A DNA stretch of 64,000 nt, taken from an uncultured delta proteobacterium. GTDB lineage: Bacteria; Myxococcota; UBA727; VGSZ01. Numbering within the stretch: position 1 is the first letter of the stretch; each line of letters opens with the position of its first letter. The translations under genes and the position numbers were made by a program. Location: positions 64,001-128,000 of the forward strand of contig CAVZJB010000005.1 of assembly GCA_963775425.1 (NCBI GenBank). The letters are read 5' to 3'. Positions 8,624 to 20,224 of the stretch are shown piece after piece. The notes below the pieces were generated by a model. The model ran no database searches. It was given only the letters and a program-made list of their open reading frames with translations, and was not told the origin of the DNA.

Positions 8624-10615
8624 AGCGCTGTGTCGGCGGCGCACGAAGACGAGGAGCACGACGAGGGGGAACGCGCCCGCGCCGGTGGCCGCGCAGCCGC
8701 CGGCGGCCTGGTAGCCCTGTTGCGCCTGCTGCACCGCGTTCGGGTCCTGGGCGCCGCCACCGCTCGAGGGGTCCCCGCCGGCTCCGGTGCCGGCTCCGGT
8801 GCCGTCGCCGGCGCCCGTCCCGCCCCCCGTCCCGGCTCCGGTGCCGTCGCCGGCGCCCGTCCCGCCCCCCGTCCCGGCTCCGGTGCCGTCGCCCGGACCC
8901 GTCCCGCCGCCGGTGCCGCCGCCGGTGCCGCCACCCGTGCCGCCGCCGGTGCCGTCGCCGGGGCCGGTGCCGCCGGTGCCGCCGGTGCCGGTGCCGCCGC
9001 CGCTGAAGTCCGTGCCGCCGCCATCGCCGGTCCCCCCGCCGTTCGAGCCCTCGACGCAGCTCGCGCCGGACGCGGCGACGACGAAGCCGGTGTCGCAGGT
9101 GCAGGCGCTGCCGTCGGCGAGGAGGTGCGCGTTCACGGGGCAGAAGCCGCCCACGATCGGGAGGGTCCCCCCGCCGCTCGTGCCCGGATCGCTCGGATCG
9201 GTGGTGCCGTCCGGCGGCGGATTGGTCGGGTTGGTGGGATCGGTCGTCGTCGACGGCGGGTGCGGGGGCTCCGTGAGGGCGCCCGTCGTCGTCAGCGCCT
9301 TCGACACGGCGTCGGCGGCGTCGAGCGACGCGCGGTCCCCGCAGCCGGTGCAGCCGTAGGGCGAGCTCGTGAGGATGGTCTTCACCTGCGCGGGCGAGAG
9401 CAGCGGGTTGAGCGCCTGCATGAGCGACACGACGCCGGCGACGTGCGGCGCCGCCATCGACGTGCCCTCGAGGAACTTGTAGCCGTCGGTGGTCGCGCCG
9501 TCGATGGAGAGGATCTCACCGTACTCGTCGTAGCCCGCGGTGCTGTCGCCGCCCGGCGCCACGATGTTCACGCGTGCGTCGAAGCTTGAATACGGCGCGA
9601 GCGCGTAGGTCGGGCCATGCGCCGCCACCGCGAGGACGTTCGGGCAGTTGGCGGGAGCGCCGGTGGCGCCGCCGGGATCGTTGCCGCCGGCGGCGACGAC
9701 GACGACGCCGGAGCGCACGATCTCGTTGTAGATGTCCGTCTCGAACGACGTGCACGCGCCCGCCGCGCCGAGGCTCAGGTTGATGACGCTGACGTGGTCG
9801 GCGCCGATGTCCGGCACGCCGTCGACGTGAAAGCCCGCGAGCCACGCGGCGCCCTCGGCGATGTCGACGATGGAGCCGTCGCCGCCGGAGAGCGCGCGCA
9901 CCGTCACCAGCCGCGCGTCCCAGTTCACGCCGACGACGCCGATGCTGTTGTCCGCCTGCGCCACCATGGTGCCGGCGACGTGCGCGCCGTGGAATTCGCC
10001 GTCGGGGCCGTCGTCGCGGTAGTCGAAGTCGCGCCCGTCGCCGTCGTTGGCGAGGGCCGGGTCGCTGATGAAGTCGAAGCCCTCGAGGTCAGCGGGCGTG
10101 AGGTCCTGGTGCAGGACGAGGCCGGAGTCGACCATGCCGACGCGCTGGTCGGGCAGGCCCACGGTGCTGTCCCACGCCTGCTCGGCGCTGATGTCGGCCA
10201 TGCCCCAGAGGTACTGCCAGCCCTCGTCGTTGGGCACGCGCTGCTCGAACTCGTGGCCGATGGCGTCGGCGGCGACCACGTTCGCGCCCTTGCGCAGGCG
10301 CGCGACCGCGCGCTCGGTGCCGGCGACGGTGCTCGTGCTCACGTCGACGATGAGCCAGCCGAAGAGGCTCCTGCGCTCGAGGCGGACGCCGAGCGCGGCC
10401 AGCGCCGCCTTCTCGTCGGTGCCGGGCTTGAGCTTGAGGAGCGCGTGGCCGGGCTCGGCGCCGGGAGGCGGCAGCGGCCGGGCGCCCTTGCGCGCCGACA
10501 CGGGCGCGGCGTGCGCGGGGACGGCCGCGAGGGCGAGCGCACACCCGGCCACGGCGCAAAACGCGCTCGCCACGGTGGGGCGGAGGCGGGCGAGGGGGGC
10601 GGCGCGGTTGTTCAT
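8621..10615 (-). CDS. S8 (subtilisin-family) serine peptidase with a Gly/Thr linker and MYXO-CTERM-type anchor
   Basis: Catalytic motifs VGMVDSG, FHGAHVAG, GTSMAAPHVAG; signal peptide; C-terminal GGCAATG + hydrophobic stretch + RRR. Confidence 0.92.
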   Translation of the reverse strand: MNNRAAPLARLRPTVASAFCAVAGCALALAAVPAHAAPVSARKGARPLPPPGAEPGHALLKLKPGTDEKAALAALGVRLERRSLFGWLIVDVSTSTVAGTERAVARLRKGANVVAADAIGHEFEQRVPNDEGWQYLWGMADISAEQAWDSTVGLPDQRVGMVDSGLVLHQDLTPADLEGFDFISDPALANDGDGRDFDYRDDGPDGEFHGAHVAGTMVAQADNSIGVVGVNWDARLVTVRALSGGDGSIVDIAEGAAWLAGFHVDGVPDIGADHVSVINLSLGAAGACTSFETDIYNEIVRSGVVVVAAGGNDPGGATGAPANCPNVLAVAAHGPTYALAPYSSFDARVNIVAPGGDSTAGYDEYGEILSIDGATTDGYKFLEGTSMAAPHVAGVVSLMQALNPLLSPAQVKTILTSSPYGCTGCGDRASLDAADAVSKALTTTGALTEPPHPPSTTTDPTNPTNPPPDGTTDPSDPGTSGGGTLPIVGGFCPVNAHLLADGSACTCDTGFVVAASGASCVEGSNGGGTGDGGGTDFSGGGTGTGGTGGTGPGDGTGGGTGGGTGGGTGGGTGPGDGTGAGTGGGTGAGDGTGAGTGGGTGAGDGTGAGTGAGGDPSSGGGAQDPNAVQQAQQGYQAAGGCAATGAGAFPLVVLLVFVRRRHSA

Positions 10616-10780
10616 CCCGTTCATTGTCGGCAGCGACGGCGCCTTGGCCCTCGCTGCGGCGTCGGTGCTGCGGCGGATGCTCCATGTAGGCGCACCTCGA
10701 TCGCGCTTGATCATGGTCACGGGGACGTCCGTCGACGTCGGCAAAGGTCGTACCTCGCGGTACGTGGTAGCCTGCGCGCG

Positions 10781-11658
<878 letters not shown>

Positions 11659-11662
<4 letters not shown>

Positions 11663-12768
11663 TGCGCACCGCCGCCCGGGAGAGCGCGCGCCCGTCAGGG
11701 ATGTCGGCGCTGGTGACGCTCGGGGCGCTCGTCGCCTGCACCGCGGGCTGCACGCTGCGCTCCGACGACCTCTACTTCGCACCGTGCGCGGGTGACGCCG
11801 ACTGCGGCGACGGCCTCGTCTGCGACGCCGCCCGCCACGTCTGCCTCGATCCGGGCGAGGGCGAGGGCGAAGGCGAAGGCGAAGGAGAAGGCGAGGGCGA
11901 GGGCGAGCACCGCTGCAACCTCGACGGCTTCTGCGCCGCCGACGAGTCCTTGCCGTGCCTGGACTGCATCGCGTGCAACCACGACGGTGCCTGCGGCCTC
12001 ATCGAGTCCGCGGAGACGTGCTCGGACTGCGCGGGCCAGGAGGGCGAAGGAGAAGGCGAGGGCGAAGGCGAAGGCGAAGGCGAGGGCGAAGGCGAAGGCG
12101 GCGCGGGTGACCCCTGCGACGACGCCTTCGCCTGCACCGTCGACGACCGGTCGCAGCCCGGCGGGGATTGCATCGGCCAATACGCCGGTGACGCCGCGTC
12201 CTGCGGCGGCTGCACCGATGACTGTTCGCAAGCCTGCTTCCCGTGTTGCACCTCCGCCGTCGAGCAGGCCTGCAGCAGCGGATGCGGCACGTGCCTGATC
12301 GCGTGCGGAGCCGGCTGTGACCTCGGGTGCAACGAGTCCGTGTGCTCGACGCTTCAACAGGCCGCGCCCGGCGACACCGCCACGCTCGCTTGCCATGTGG
12401 CGACGTGCCGCACCGACATGATTGGCGCCGCCGAATTCGACTGCACCGAAGGCTCCTCGTGCGTCGGGACGCTCCACGATGGGCCCGCCTACCAGGGCAA
12501 CTGCGTCGCCTCCCAATGCGTGTGGGGCCTCGCGGGCGGTGCGACGGCGGCGAGCAGCTTCGTCTGCAGCAACGCCGCGCAGTGCGCCCTCGGAGCCACG
12601 GGCATCCCCGTCGAGGTCTCCCTCGATTGCCAGGGAAGCTCCTCGTGCGCCATGGACTGCTCGACGTCCGTGTGCTCGCTCATCTGCGCCGCCGGCGCCA
12701 CCTGCGCCTTGACCTGCGACGGCGCGCCGCGCACGTGCGCGTCCGGCACCACCTGCACCTGCCCGTGA
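11659..12768 (+). CDS. Very Cys-rich lipoprotein with two (GE)n linkers
   Basis: ATGA overlap with the upstream stop; lipobox TAGC; CxxDxDC module; GE repeats; dozens of regularly spaced Cys. Confidence 0.8.
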
Positions 12769-12769
12769 G

Positions 12770-15700
12770 TCAGTGCGGGAACGCCAGGATGACGACGGCG
12801 TCGCCGAACGCGTTCACCACGTACGGCCCCGCGGCGGAGACGTCCTCGCTCGAGGGGTTGCAGCCGAGACCCACGTCGACGAAGAACGGCGGCGTGTCGT
12901 CCCAGGGGGCGAACCAGGCGCCGCTCACGTTGTCGAGCGCCGGCGGGTCCTGCACGCAGCCGTTGGGCGCGATGGCGTAGCGCGGGTCCGGGCTCGAGAC
13001 GAGCCCCGTCCCGAACGTCGCGAAGGAGTGCGGGTAGCCGGGGAAGAGCGAGCGCGTCGTCGTCACCGACCACGCGTCGAGATCGACGAAGGTGCGGTCG
13101 TCCGACGACGAGCCCGGCCACACGATGACGTCGGGCTCCTCGGGCGGCGCGGCGCCGTCGGCCTTGAGCACGAGGCGCCCCGGCGAGATGTTGCTGCCGA
13201 GATCGAGCTCGGTGGCGTCGAGCGCGGGCGTCCCCGTGTCGAACGTGATGCGCGCGAGCTTGGCAGCGCCGGTGGAGTCGTAGGCGAACACGTACTCGCC
13301 GCGCGCCGCGTCGACGACGCTGCCCCAGATGTCGTCGCCGTTGAAGCCCCCGCCCATGGGCAGGTCGACCACCGTGGGCGTGGCCTGATCGAAGGTGGAC
13401 AGGTCGACGACGACGAAGCCGTCCTGCTCCGGGAACACCACCCAGCTCTTGCCGTCGGCGAGCGACGACACGAGCGCGAACTGGTCGCCGTTGCTGCAGC
13501 CGGAGCAGGGCGGGCGCGCGCCCGTGACGTCCTTGGCGGTCCGCGTGCCGTCGGGGGCGATGCGCACGAGGCGCGCCGGCGGCGACGAGGGCGCGCGGCC
13601 GATGCACGGCAGGTAGAAGGTGCCGTCGACGTCGACGACGGGCTTGCCCATGGAGTCGTTGAACGGCTCGTTGCACACGCTCGCGTCACCGGGAGCGATG
13701 ACGGTGTAGCTCGACGACGTCAGCGGCGCCGCCAGGTCGACGAGCAACGCGCGCAGATCGCCGGCGTCCGTGCGCACGAGCGAGAGCATGCGGCCGTTCA
13801 CCGGGTCGGCGGCGGCGCGGTCGATGGAGTCGCTCTCGAAGTGCTTGCCGTCGGCGGCGGGCACCACGGCGGCGATCGTGGCGGCGTCGAGGTCGACGAG
13901 CACGAGGTGGGACGTGAAGCTGTCGTCGTCGACCGCCATGAGCCCCGTGCCCGACGCGGGCTCGATGAGAGGCATCACCGAGGGCGTGAGCCCTGTGAGG
14001 CCGCCGCCGTCGGCGGGGAGCGTGGAGGCCGTGATGAGGTCGGCGGTGCGCAAGGCGAACGGCGGGACACAGGTGGCGGGCTCGCTGGCGCTGCCGGTGC
14101 AGTCGTCGGGGCCGACGGCGATGGGGGCGCCGTTTTCGTCGGGCGCGACGTCGGTGACGACGACGCCGGCGTCGAAACCCGGGCGCTCGCCGCAAGCCGC
14201 GTAGCCGGTGGCGCTCGGCCGAAGCGTGAGCGCGAAGGTCCAGCGCGGGCCGTCCTGCGACAGCGCCTCGCAGCGGATCTGGTCGAAGGCGGACGCGGGA
14301 TCGCAGGGCGTGGAGGCGGTGGGCACCAGGGTGGCGGAGCACGCGGGCGCGCTCGGCACCTGATCGGGGTCGACGACGAGGAACGACAGCGTGTACTCGG
14401 CAAAGCCCGGCGGCGGGAGCGTGCGCGCGGAGACGTCGGGCGTCACCACCGACGGCGCGTCGTTCACGAGCGGCGACACGTGGAGGTTCAGCGTGGCGTC
14501 GTCGATGGGCGCGCCGCCGGCGTCGGTGAACGAGAACGTGCACGGGATGCCCGCGGCGGTCTGGGACACGGCGACGTCGTTATCGGGCGCCCAGGTGAAC
14601 AGGAAGCCCGCGCCGTCCGCGTCGAGCGAGAAGCGCCCGGGACAAGAGGAGACGGCGAGGTGATCGGTGGAGGTGTCGTCCCCGAGGTCCTCGTCGAAGA
14701 TCAACAGGCGCGCGGTGTCGGCGCGGCCGAGCGCGTCGGCGTCCTGGATCTCGCCGCTGAGCGCCGGGTCGGGCGTGACCTCGGTGAAGTCGAGCGCGGT
14801 GTTGTCGTCGACGAGGAGGACGGTGGGATCGGGGACGTCCGCCACCGTGGCGCTCGCGGTGGGCCCGTCGCCGACGGAGGCGCCGCCGGCGCGCGCCTCG
14901 AGCGCGATGTCGACGACGCCGACGAAGGGCTCGTCGGGGACGAAGCGCACGCGCCACGCGCCGGCGCCGGGGCGGTCGTCGCTGTCGGCGCCCACGGCTT
15001 CGAGCGTCCAGCCCTCGTGCCCGCGCGCGTCGGCGGCGGGGGCGACCACGGGCGCGCCGCCGTCGGTGGGGAGCGTGAGCGTGGCGACGGGCGTGCCGGC
15101 GCCGGCGTTGTGGTGGCGCACGCTGATGACGAGCTGGTGCGGCGTGTCGTCGGCGTCGACGCTCTCGACGTCCCAGAAGGTCTCGCTCTCGTCGGCGAGC
15201 GCGTCGAGCGGCGACTCGGGGGTGAACGTCATCGCGGGCGGCTCGTTGGGCGAGCACGGATCGGTGGCGGTGATGACCTCGGTGTAGTTGTCGCGGCCGT
15301 CGCCGTCGGCGTCGAAGTCGAGGCCGGGGACGTCGTCGCCGACGGTGGACTTGAAGTCGGCGTCCTTGAAGCCCGCGAAGGTTTCGGGGAAGGGGAACGT
15401 GACGCGCGGGCTGAAAAACGCGCCGATGATGACCTTGGAGCCCGCGGCGCCGCACGCGCTCTGCTCGCGCAAGACGGTGTCGAAGCGGACGAGGACGGAG
15501 TAGTCGCCCCGGCCGAGCTCGTTGCCCTTGGGCACGGTGTAGCTGCACGGATCGTCCGGCGTGGAGGTCATCTCCACGTCGAGGGTGGCGCCGCCGCCGA
15601 CGTCGAGCTTGTCCATCACGAGGCGCGCCGCCGTGTTCTGGCACAGCTCGATGGCGTCGAGCCCCCGGGCCGCGCGCCCGGGCAGGTGGACGACGAGCGC

Positions 15701-15790
15701 GCCGCCCGCGGGCGCGCACCCCGCGAGCGCGAGCATGACGACTGCGGCGAGCGCGCGCGCATCCGCCGCGAAGGAGGCGCGCGCGGTCAT
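12770..15790 (-). CDS. Large surface lipoprotein/adhesin-like protein (Ca-binding DxDxDG motif, Ig/cadherin-like repeats, C-terminal beta-propeller-like region)
   Basis: ATG15790 overlaps the upstream stop; lipobox LAGC; DFDADGDGRDNYTE...TDP; NEPP / VADVPD / VNDAP linkers. Confidence 0.7.
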   Translation of the reverse strand: MTARASFAADARALAAVVMLALAGCAPAGGALVVHLPGRAARGLDAIELCQNTAARLVMDKLDVGGGATLDVEMTSTPDDPCSYTVPKGNELGRGDYSVLVRFDTVLREQSACGAAGSKVIIGAFFSPRVTFPFPETFAGFKDADFKSTVGDDVPGLDFDADGDGRDNYTEVITATDPCSPNEPPAMTFTPESPLDALADESETFWDVESVDADDTPHQLVISVRHHNAGAGTPVATLTLPTDGGAPVVAPAADARGHEGWTLEAVGADSDDRPGAGAWRVRFVPDEPFVGVVDIALEARAGGASVGDGPTASATVADVPDPTVLLVDDNTALDFTEVTPDPALSGEIQDADALGRADTARLLIFDEDLGDDTSTDHLAVSSCPGRFSLDADGAGFLFTWAPDNDVAVSQTAAGIPCTFSFTDAGGAPIDDATLNLHVSPLVNDAPSVVTPDVSARTLPPPGFAEYTLSFLVVDPDQVPSAPACSATLVPTASTPCDPASAFDQIRCEALSQDGPRWTFALTLRPSATGYAACGERPGFDAGVVVTDVAPDENGAPIAVGPDDCTGSASEPATCVPPFALRTADLITASTLPADGGGLTGLTPSVMPLIEPASGTGLMAVDDDSFTSHLVLVDLDAATIAAVVPAADGKHFESDSIDRAAADPVNGRMLSLVRTDAGDLRALLVDLAAPLTSSSYTVIAPGDASVCNEPFNDSMGKPVVDVDGTFYLPCIGRAPSSPPARLVRIAPDGTRTAKDVTGARPPCSGCSNGDQFALVSSLADGKSWVVFPEQDGFVVVDLSTFDQATPTVVDLPMGGGFNGDDIWGSVVDAARGEYVFAYDSTGAAKLARITFDTGTPALDATELDLGSNISPGRLVLKADGAAPPEEPDVIVWPGSSSDDRTFVDLDAWSVTTTRSLFPGYPHSFATFGTGLVSSPDPRYAIAPNGCVQDPPALDNVSGAWFAPWDDTPPFFVDVGLGCNPSSEDVSAAGPYVVNAFGDAVVILAFPH

Positions 15791-17076
15791 TCGGCACCTC
15801 GGTTCGGCAACTTGGCCGTGACGTTCACCGGGAACGTGCGGTTGGCGTCGTAGATGAGGTAGCCGACGCCCGCGCCGGCGGCGCTGACGGCGACGACGCC
15901 GACGCCGGCGGTGGCCGTCCAGAACCACCACGTCTCGTACCAGGCGTCGGGCGTGCGCTCGAGCTCGACGTAGACCGGCGTGGTCTCGCCGGGGTTCACG
16001 TACACGTCGTTCACCCAGTCGATGCAGTGCTCGGCGGTGACGCGCACCGAGTGCCGGCCGGGCGAAAAGCCGTTGTGCGGCGGCATGGGCACCGCTCCGA
16101 GGGCGACGCCGTCGACGTAGACCTGCGCGCCCGCGACGTTGGCGCTCGGCTGGACGGCGCCCTGCTCCTTGGCGTCGATGCCGAGCAGCCGGCGGCCCGC
16201 GTGCCGGATGGCGCGGAGCAGCTCACCCTCGCTGCCGCGGTAGGCCTCGGTGATGCGGTTTTCGACCGCGACGCGTCTGGTGGAGATGAGGCGCAGGGAG
16301 ATGACGTAGCTGTCCGAGAGCTTGCCCACCGTGCCGACGACGAGCCGCTCGACCCCGAGCGCGCCGCCGAGCTCGGCGAGGCACTGCGCGTCGTCGCTGC
16401 AGCCCATCGCGCTCTTGTCCTTGTCGAGCTGAAGCATCGCGACGACGTCGTCGCGCCCGAGGACGGTGGCGCCGTCGACGCGCTTGATCTCCGTGGACAA
16501 CAACTGCGTGAGGTTGGTGGCGACGCTCGGGCTCACGCCGGCCGCCTGCAGGTCGAGCACGGCGAAGGAGCGCGCCTCGCCGCTCGGCAGGACGAACCTG
16601 GGCTTCAGCGCGTCGCCGCCGCCGAACAACGCCTCGGCGAGCGCGCGGGCGCGGGCGGGGACGTCGGCGGCCTGCTCCACCGACGCGCTCTGGCGCGCGC
16701 GGACGAAGGCGCGCGCGGGCTCGATGAGCGAGATGGTGAGCGTGATCTCGCTGCCGACGCGGCCGACGCTCGCGCGCACGACGACGTCGGCGTCGGCGGA
16801 GCGCGAGATCTCGGCCATGCACGCCTCGTCGGTCTCGCAGCCGAGGATGGCCTTGGTCTTTTCGTGGCTCACCACGGCCTTCAGCTCGTCGAGCGTCATG
16901 ACCTTGAGGCCCTTCTTGCCCGTGAGGCCCTCCGCGATCTGCAGCGTGGCTTGCTTGCGAACGGCCTCGTCGGCCCCGTTGCCGGCGACGTCGAGGACGA
17001 GGACCCGCTCGGGCCCCTTGGCAGGCGCCGGGGCGGCGGGCGTCGAGAGGGCGAGCGCGGCGATGAGAGACAGCAT
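15787..17076 (-). CDS. PEGA-domain protein with two CsgG/TolB-N-like alpha/beta domains and a C-terminal TM segment
   Basis: Signal MLSLIAALAL; two C-x5-C-(M/L)AE(I/L)..A......G/S.VG modules; PEGA (GAQVYVDG...PGRHSVRV); WYETWWFW before the TM helix. Confidence 0.85.
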   Translation of the reverse strand: MLSLIAALALSTPAAPAPAKGPERVLVLDVAGNGADEAVRKQATLQIAEGLTGKKGLKVMTLDELKAVVSHEKTKAILGCETDEACMAEISRSADADVVVRASVGRVGSEITLTISLIEPARAFVRARQSASVEQAADVPARARALAEALFGGGDALKPRFVLPSGEARSFAVLDLQAAGVSPSVATNLTQLLSTEIKRVDGATVLGRDDVVAMLQLDKDKSAMGCSDDAQCLAELGGALGVERLVVGTVGKLSDSYVISLRLISTRRVAVENRITEAYRGSEGELLRAIRHAGRRLLGIDAKEQGAVQPSANVAGAQVYVDGVALGAVPMPPHNGFSPGRHSVRVTAEHCIDWVNDVYVNPGETTPVYVELERTPDAWYETWWFWTATAGVGVVAVSAAGAGVGYLIYDANRTFPVNVTAKLPNRGAE

Positions 17077-17191
17077 CGCCACGATCGTCGACGATGCGCG
17101 CGGTCGCGGGCAAGCCCGCCGGCGTGACGGAACGCGCCGAAGCGCCGCGCGACGTGGGGCCGCGCCCGCGCCGAGAGCCTCGGGGCGCGCG

Positions 17192-18529
17192 TCAGACCGC
17201 GAAGAAGTCGATGAGCCGCTGGCGCATGGCGTCAGCGTCACGCATGCCCATGGCGACGAGATCGCTGGCGTATTCGCCGTCGAACAGCAGGTAGCTCAAC
17301 AGATCACCCTCGCGCTCGCCGCCGGCGCCGGCGACGCGGCGGATGATGGGGCCCATGACGCCGCCCGCGCGGCTCACGACGCTCCCCATGCGCACGTGCT
17401 TGGACGCGACGGCGGCGATGTCCTCGTTGGGCCGGATCATCAGCGCGTCCACCTTGCGGTAGCCGGAGCCGCGCCGCTGGAGCATGGAGCTCGCCAGCGC
17501 GTCGGTGAACTCCTCACCGAACGCCTGCTCGCCGGCCTCGATCAGCGCGTTGAAGCGCTCGAGGCGTTGAAGGTCGTACTCGGTCTTGTCTGACAACAGC
17601 GCGTTCAAGATCTTGCCGAGGAGGAACGGCGCCGACGGCGACTGGTCCACGCCGGCGGGCGGCACCATGCCGGCGTCGTCCGGCTCGTCCTTGGCCTTCA
17701 GGCCGACGACGAGGATACGGTCGGCGCCGAGGCGTACCGCCGGCGAGATGGGCGTGTTGAGCTTCAAGCCACCGTCGCAATACACGTCGCCGCCGATGTC
17801 GACGCACGGGAAGATCCACGGGATGGCCGCCGACGCCAGCGCGTGCTCCGGCCCGATGTCCACGGCCACCGCCTTCACCTGCGGGTCCGTCGACCACGGG
17901 GGCAGGCGCTTGCCCTTCACCTGCACGAAGCTGTGGGTCTTGCCCGACGCGAGGTGCGTGGCGTTCACGCAGACGCCGTAGAGGTCACCCGCCTCGAGGT
18001 TCTTGGTGATGTTGGACCAGCGCGTGCCCCGGCGGACCAGCTGCTCGAGCGGCGCCGTGTTCAACAGCCCGCCCAGGCGGCCGGGCCCCACCACCTCGTC
18101 GAGCTCGCCGCGGCCGCGGGAGCCGAGCAGAAAGCGAGGCAGGTGAGACAGCTCGCGCCAGCCGACCTTGTACACGCCCTCGATCCGCAGCCTCTCCCAG
18201 ACCTCGGCGAGCGCTCGGCCTTGCAGCTCCGGCGCGTGCGCGTTGGCCGCGAGGAAGCAGGCGTTGATGGCCCCGACGGACGTCCCCGTGACGATCTCGA
18301 AGCGGGCGTGCGCGCGAACGCGCGGCGGCAGCTCGTCGCGGATGTACTTGATGACGCCGGCCTCGTAGGCGCCGCGGGCGCCGCCGCCGGACAAGACGAT
18401 GCCGGTGAGGGGCGCCCGCCGCTTCTTCCAGTGCACCGGCTCCGCGTCCCCCTCGAGGGCCGGCGCCGCCGGGCGCTCCATGGGTGTGGGCGTCTGCGTC
18501 GGTGTCTGCGGAGGATCCTCGAGCGCCAC
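17192..18529 (-). CDS. Patatin-like phospholipase
   Basis: LSGGGARGAY, GTSVG nucleophile elbow, ASAAIP and DGG motifs. Confidence 0.93.
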   Translation of the reverse strand: MALEDPPQTPTQTPTPMERPAAPALEGDAEPVHWKKRRAPLTGIVLSGGGARGAYEAGVIKYIRDELPPRVRAHARFEIVTGTSVGAINACFLAANAHAPELQGRALAEVWERLRIEGVYKVGWRELSHLPRFLLGSRGRGELDEVVGPGRLGGLLNTAPLEQLVRRGTRWSNITKNLEAGDLYGVCVNATHLASGKTHSFVQVKGKRLPPWSTDPQVKAVAVDIGPEHALASAAIPWIFPCVDIGGDVYCDGGLKLNTPISPAVRLGADRILVVGLKAKDEPDDAGMVPPAGVDQSPSAPFLLGKILNALLSDKTEYDLQRLERFNALIEAGEQAFGEEFTDALASSMLQRRGSGYRKVDALMIRPNEDIAAVASKHVRMGSVVSRAGGVMGPIIRRVAGAGGEREGDLLSYLLFDGEYASDLVAMGMRDADAMRQRLIDFFAV

Positions 18530-18675
18530 GGCGTCATCCTACCTTCGCCGCGATGCGTCGCCTAGCGTGGCAGCGCGCCGGGGCCGCCCTGCCGTGCCCC
18601 GGCGCAGGAGTCTCAAGCCGGGGGTCGTCGGCACACAAATCGAAATGTGGCCGGGCCTCCCCTAGAGTTGCGCGC

Positions 18676-20124
18676 ATGAGCAACGAACGAATCGGCGACC
18701 TCCTGGTGGCCGCCGGCGTCTTGACCCGGGAGAAGCTGGAGGAGACGTGGGCGATGTATCCGCCGTCTTCCCGGCGCCTGCTGAGCCGCATCTACGAGCT
18801 CGGCCTCGCGCACGAGCGGGTCCTCGCCGAGCTGCTCGCCAAGCGCACCGGCGTCCCGGTGGTCGTCCTGTCGGAGTCCACCTTCGACCTGCGCACGCTG
18901 GCGCAGCTCCCCGCGGACGTCATGCGGAAATTCGACGCGCTGCCCGTGGCAGCCGACGAGCGCAGCCTGACGGTGACGTTGCCGGATCCGGACGCTCCCG
19001 ACGTCGTCAGCTCGCTGTCGCTGTTGTCCGGCAAGCGCGTCATCGCGCTCGTCGGCCTGCACGCCGTCGTCGGCGAGGTGATCCGGCGCGCGCTCGACGC
19101 CGTCGCCGAGGGCGCCACCGTCCTGAAGGGCAAGTCGTCCACCCACGAGGAGCCGTACGTCGCCCTGGCACAACCCCCTTCAATCGGCTCCGTCGATCGG
19201 GCCACCGCCCTCGCCGACCTGCTCGCGGAGGCCGGCCTCGAGGAGCGGTTGAAGACGCGCGCGCGGGCGCTGGCGAAGATCCCGGCGCCGCAGGCGTGGC
19301 CGGCCATGGTGGAGGGCATGTCGAGTCGCATCGACATCCCGGTGGTGCCCGCGCCGATGCCGGGCGAGCGCGTGGCCCTCGTGGTCGACGACGACGCCGC
19401 CATCCGCGACCTCGTGTCCATCACGTTGTCGCACGACCACTACAAGGTCGTGACGGCGGAAAACGGCGAGGACGCCATCGCCACGCTCCGCACCGTGCGC
19501 CCCGACATCATCATCCTCGACGCCATGATGCCCGGCCTGCACGGCTTCGAGATCCTCGTCGCGCTCAAGCAGAGCAGCGCGCACAAGAACATCCCGGTCG
19601 TGATGTGCTCCGCCGTCTACACCGACTGGCTGCAGGCCCGCGCCATCGAGGAGACGCACGGCGCGGACGCGTTTTTGAAGAAGCCCTTCGGCCTCGCGCA
19701 GCTCCGTGGCGTCGTCGCGCAGCTCACCAAGCGGGAAGCGCCGCGGTGGCAGGTGCCCGAAAACGCGGAGCAGCGCCTGATGACCGTGGAGATCGAGCTC
19801 GACCTCGCCATCGGCAAGGGCGATGACGCCCAGGCGGAGGTCCTCGCCGGTGAGTGCCTGGCCATCGACCCGTTCAGCCCGCGCGGTTGGTTCGCGCGCG
19901 GCGACGTGCTGCTCGCGCGTGGCGACATCGCCGGCGCGTGGTCCGCGTTCGAAAACGCGATCGTCTACGGGCCCGAGAACACGACCGCGCTCGTCACGCT
20001 CGCCCTGGTCGCCGAGCGGCTCGGCTTCCGGCGGCGCGCGCAAGCAATCTGGCGGCGCGCCCACGACCACGCCAGCCCCGAGCAACGCGCGATCATCGAC
20101 GGCTACGCGGCGTCCGCCGACTAG
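18676..20124 (+). CDS. MshEN (GSPII-E N-terminal) + response-regulator receiver + TPR protein
   Basis: RIGDLLVAAGVLT..KL MshEN-like motif; receiver motifs VVDDD, IILDAMMPG and FLKKPF; C-terminal TPR-like helices. Confidence 0.88.
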   Translation: MSNERIGDLLVAAGVLTREKLEETWAMYPPSSRRLLSRIYELGLAHERVLAELLAKRTGVPVVVLSESTFDLRTLAQLPADVMRKFDALPVAADERSLTVTLPDPDAPDVVSSLSLLSGKRVIALVGLHAVVGEVIRRALDAVAEGATVLKGKSSTHEEPYVALAQPPSIGSVDRATALADLLAEAGLEERLKTRARALAKIPAPQAWPAMVEGMSSRIDIPVVPAPMPGERVALVVDDDAAIRDLVSITLSHDHYKVVTAENGEDAIATLRTVRPDIIILDAMMPGLHGFEILVALKQSSAHKNIPVVMCSAVYTDWLQARAIEETHGADAFLKKPFGLAQLRGVVAQLTKREAPRWQVPENAEQRLMTVEIELDLAIGKGDDAQAEVLAGECLAIDPFSPRGWFARGDVLLARGDIAGAWSAFENAIVYGPENTTALVTLALVAERLGFRRRAQAIWRRAHDHASPEQRAIIDGYAASAD

Positions 20125-20224
20125 CACCGCCTGTTCGCGCCCGCGCCGTGGCCGCCTGCCCCCTGTGATGGCGCGCGCCCCCACGCGGTGCAGCCGCGGT
20201 GGGGGCAGGGTAGAGTCGCGGCCC

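Noticed and set aside
18628-18646. Sigma-54 promoter (CGGCAC-N5-TCGA)
   Set aside because: The -12 element does not match TTGC, and a TAGAGT -10 box explains the downstream start better.
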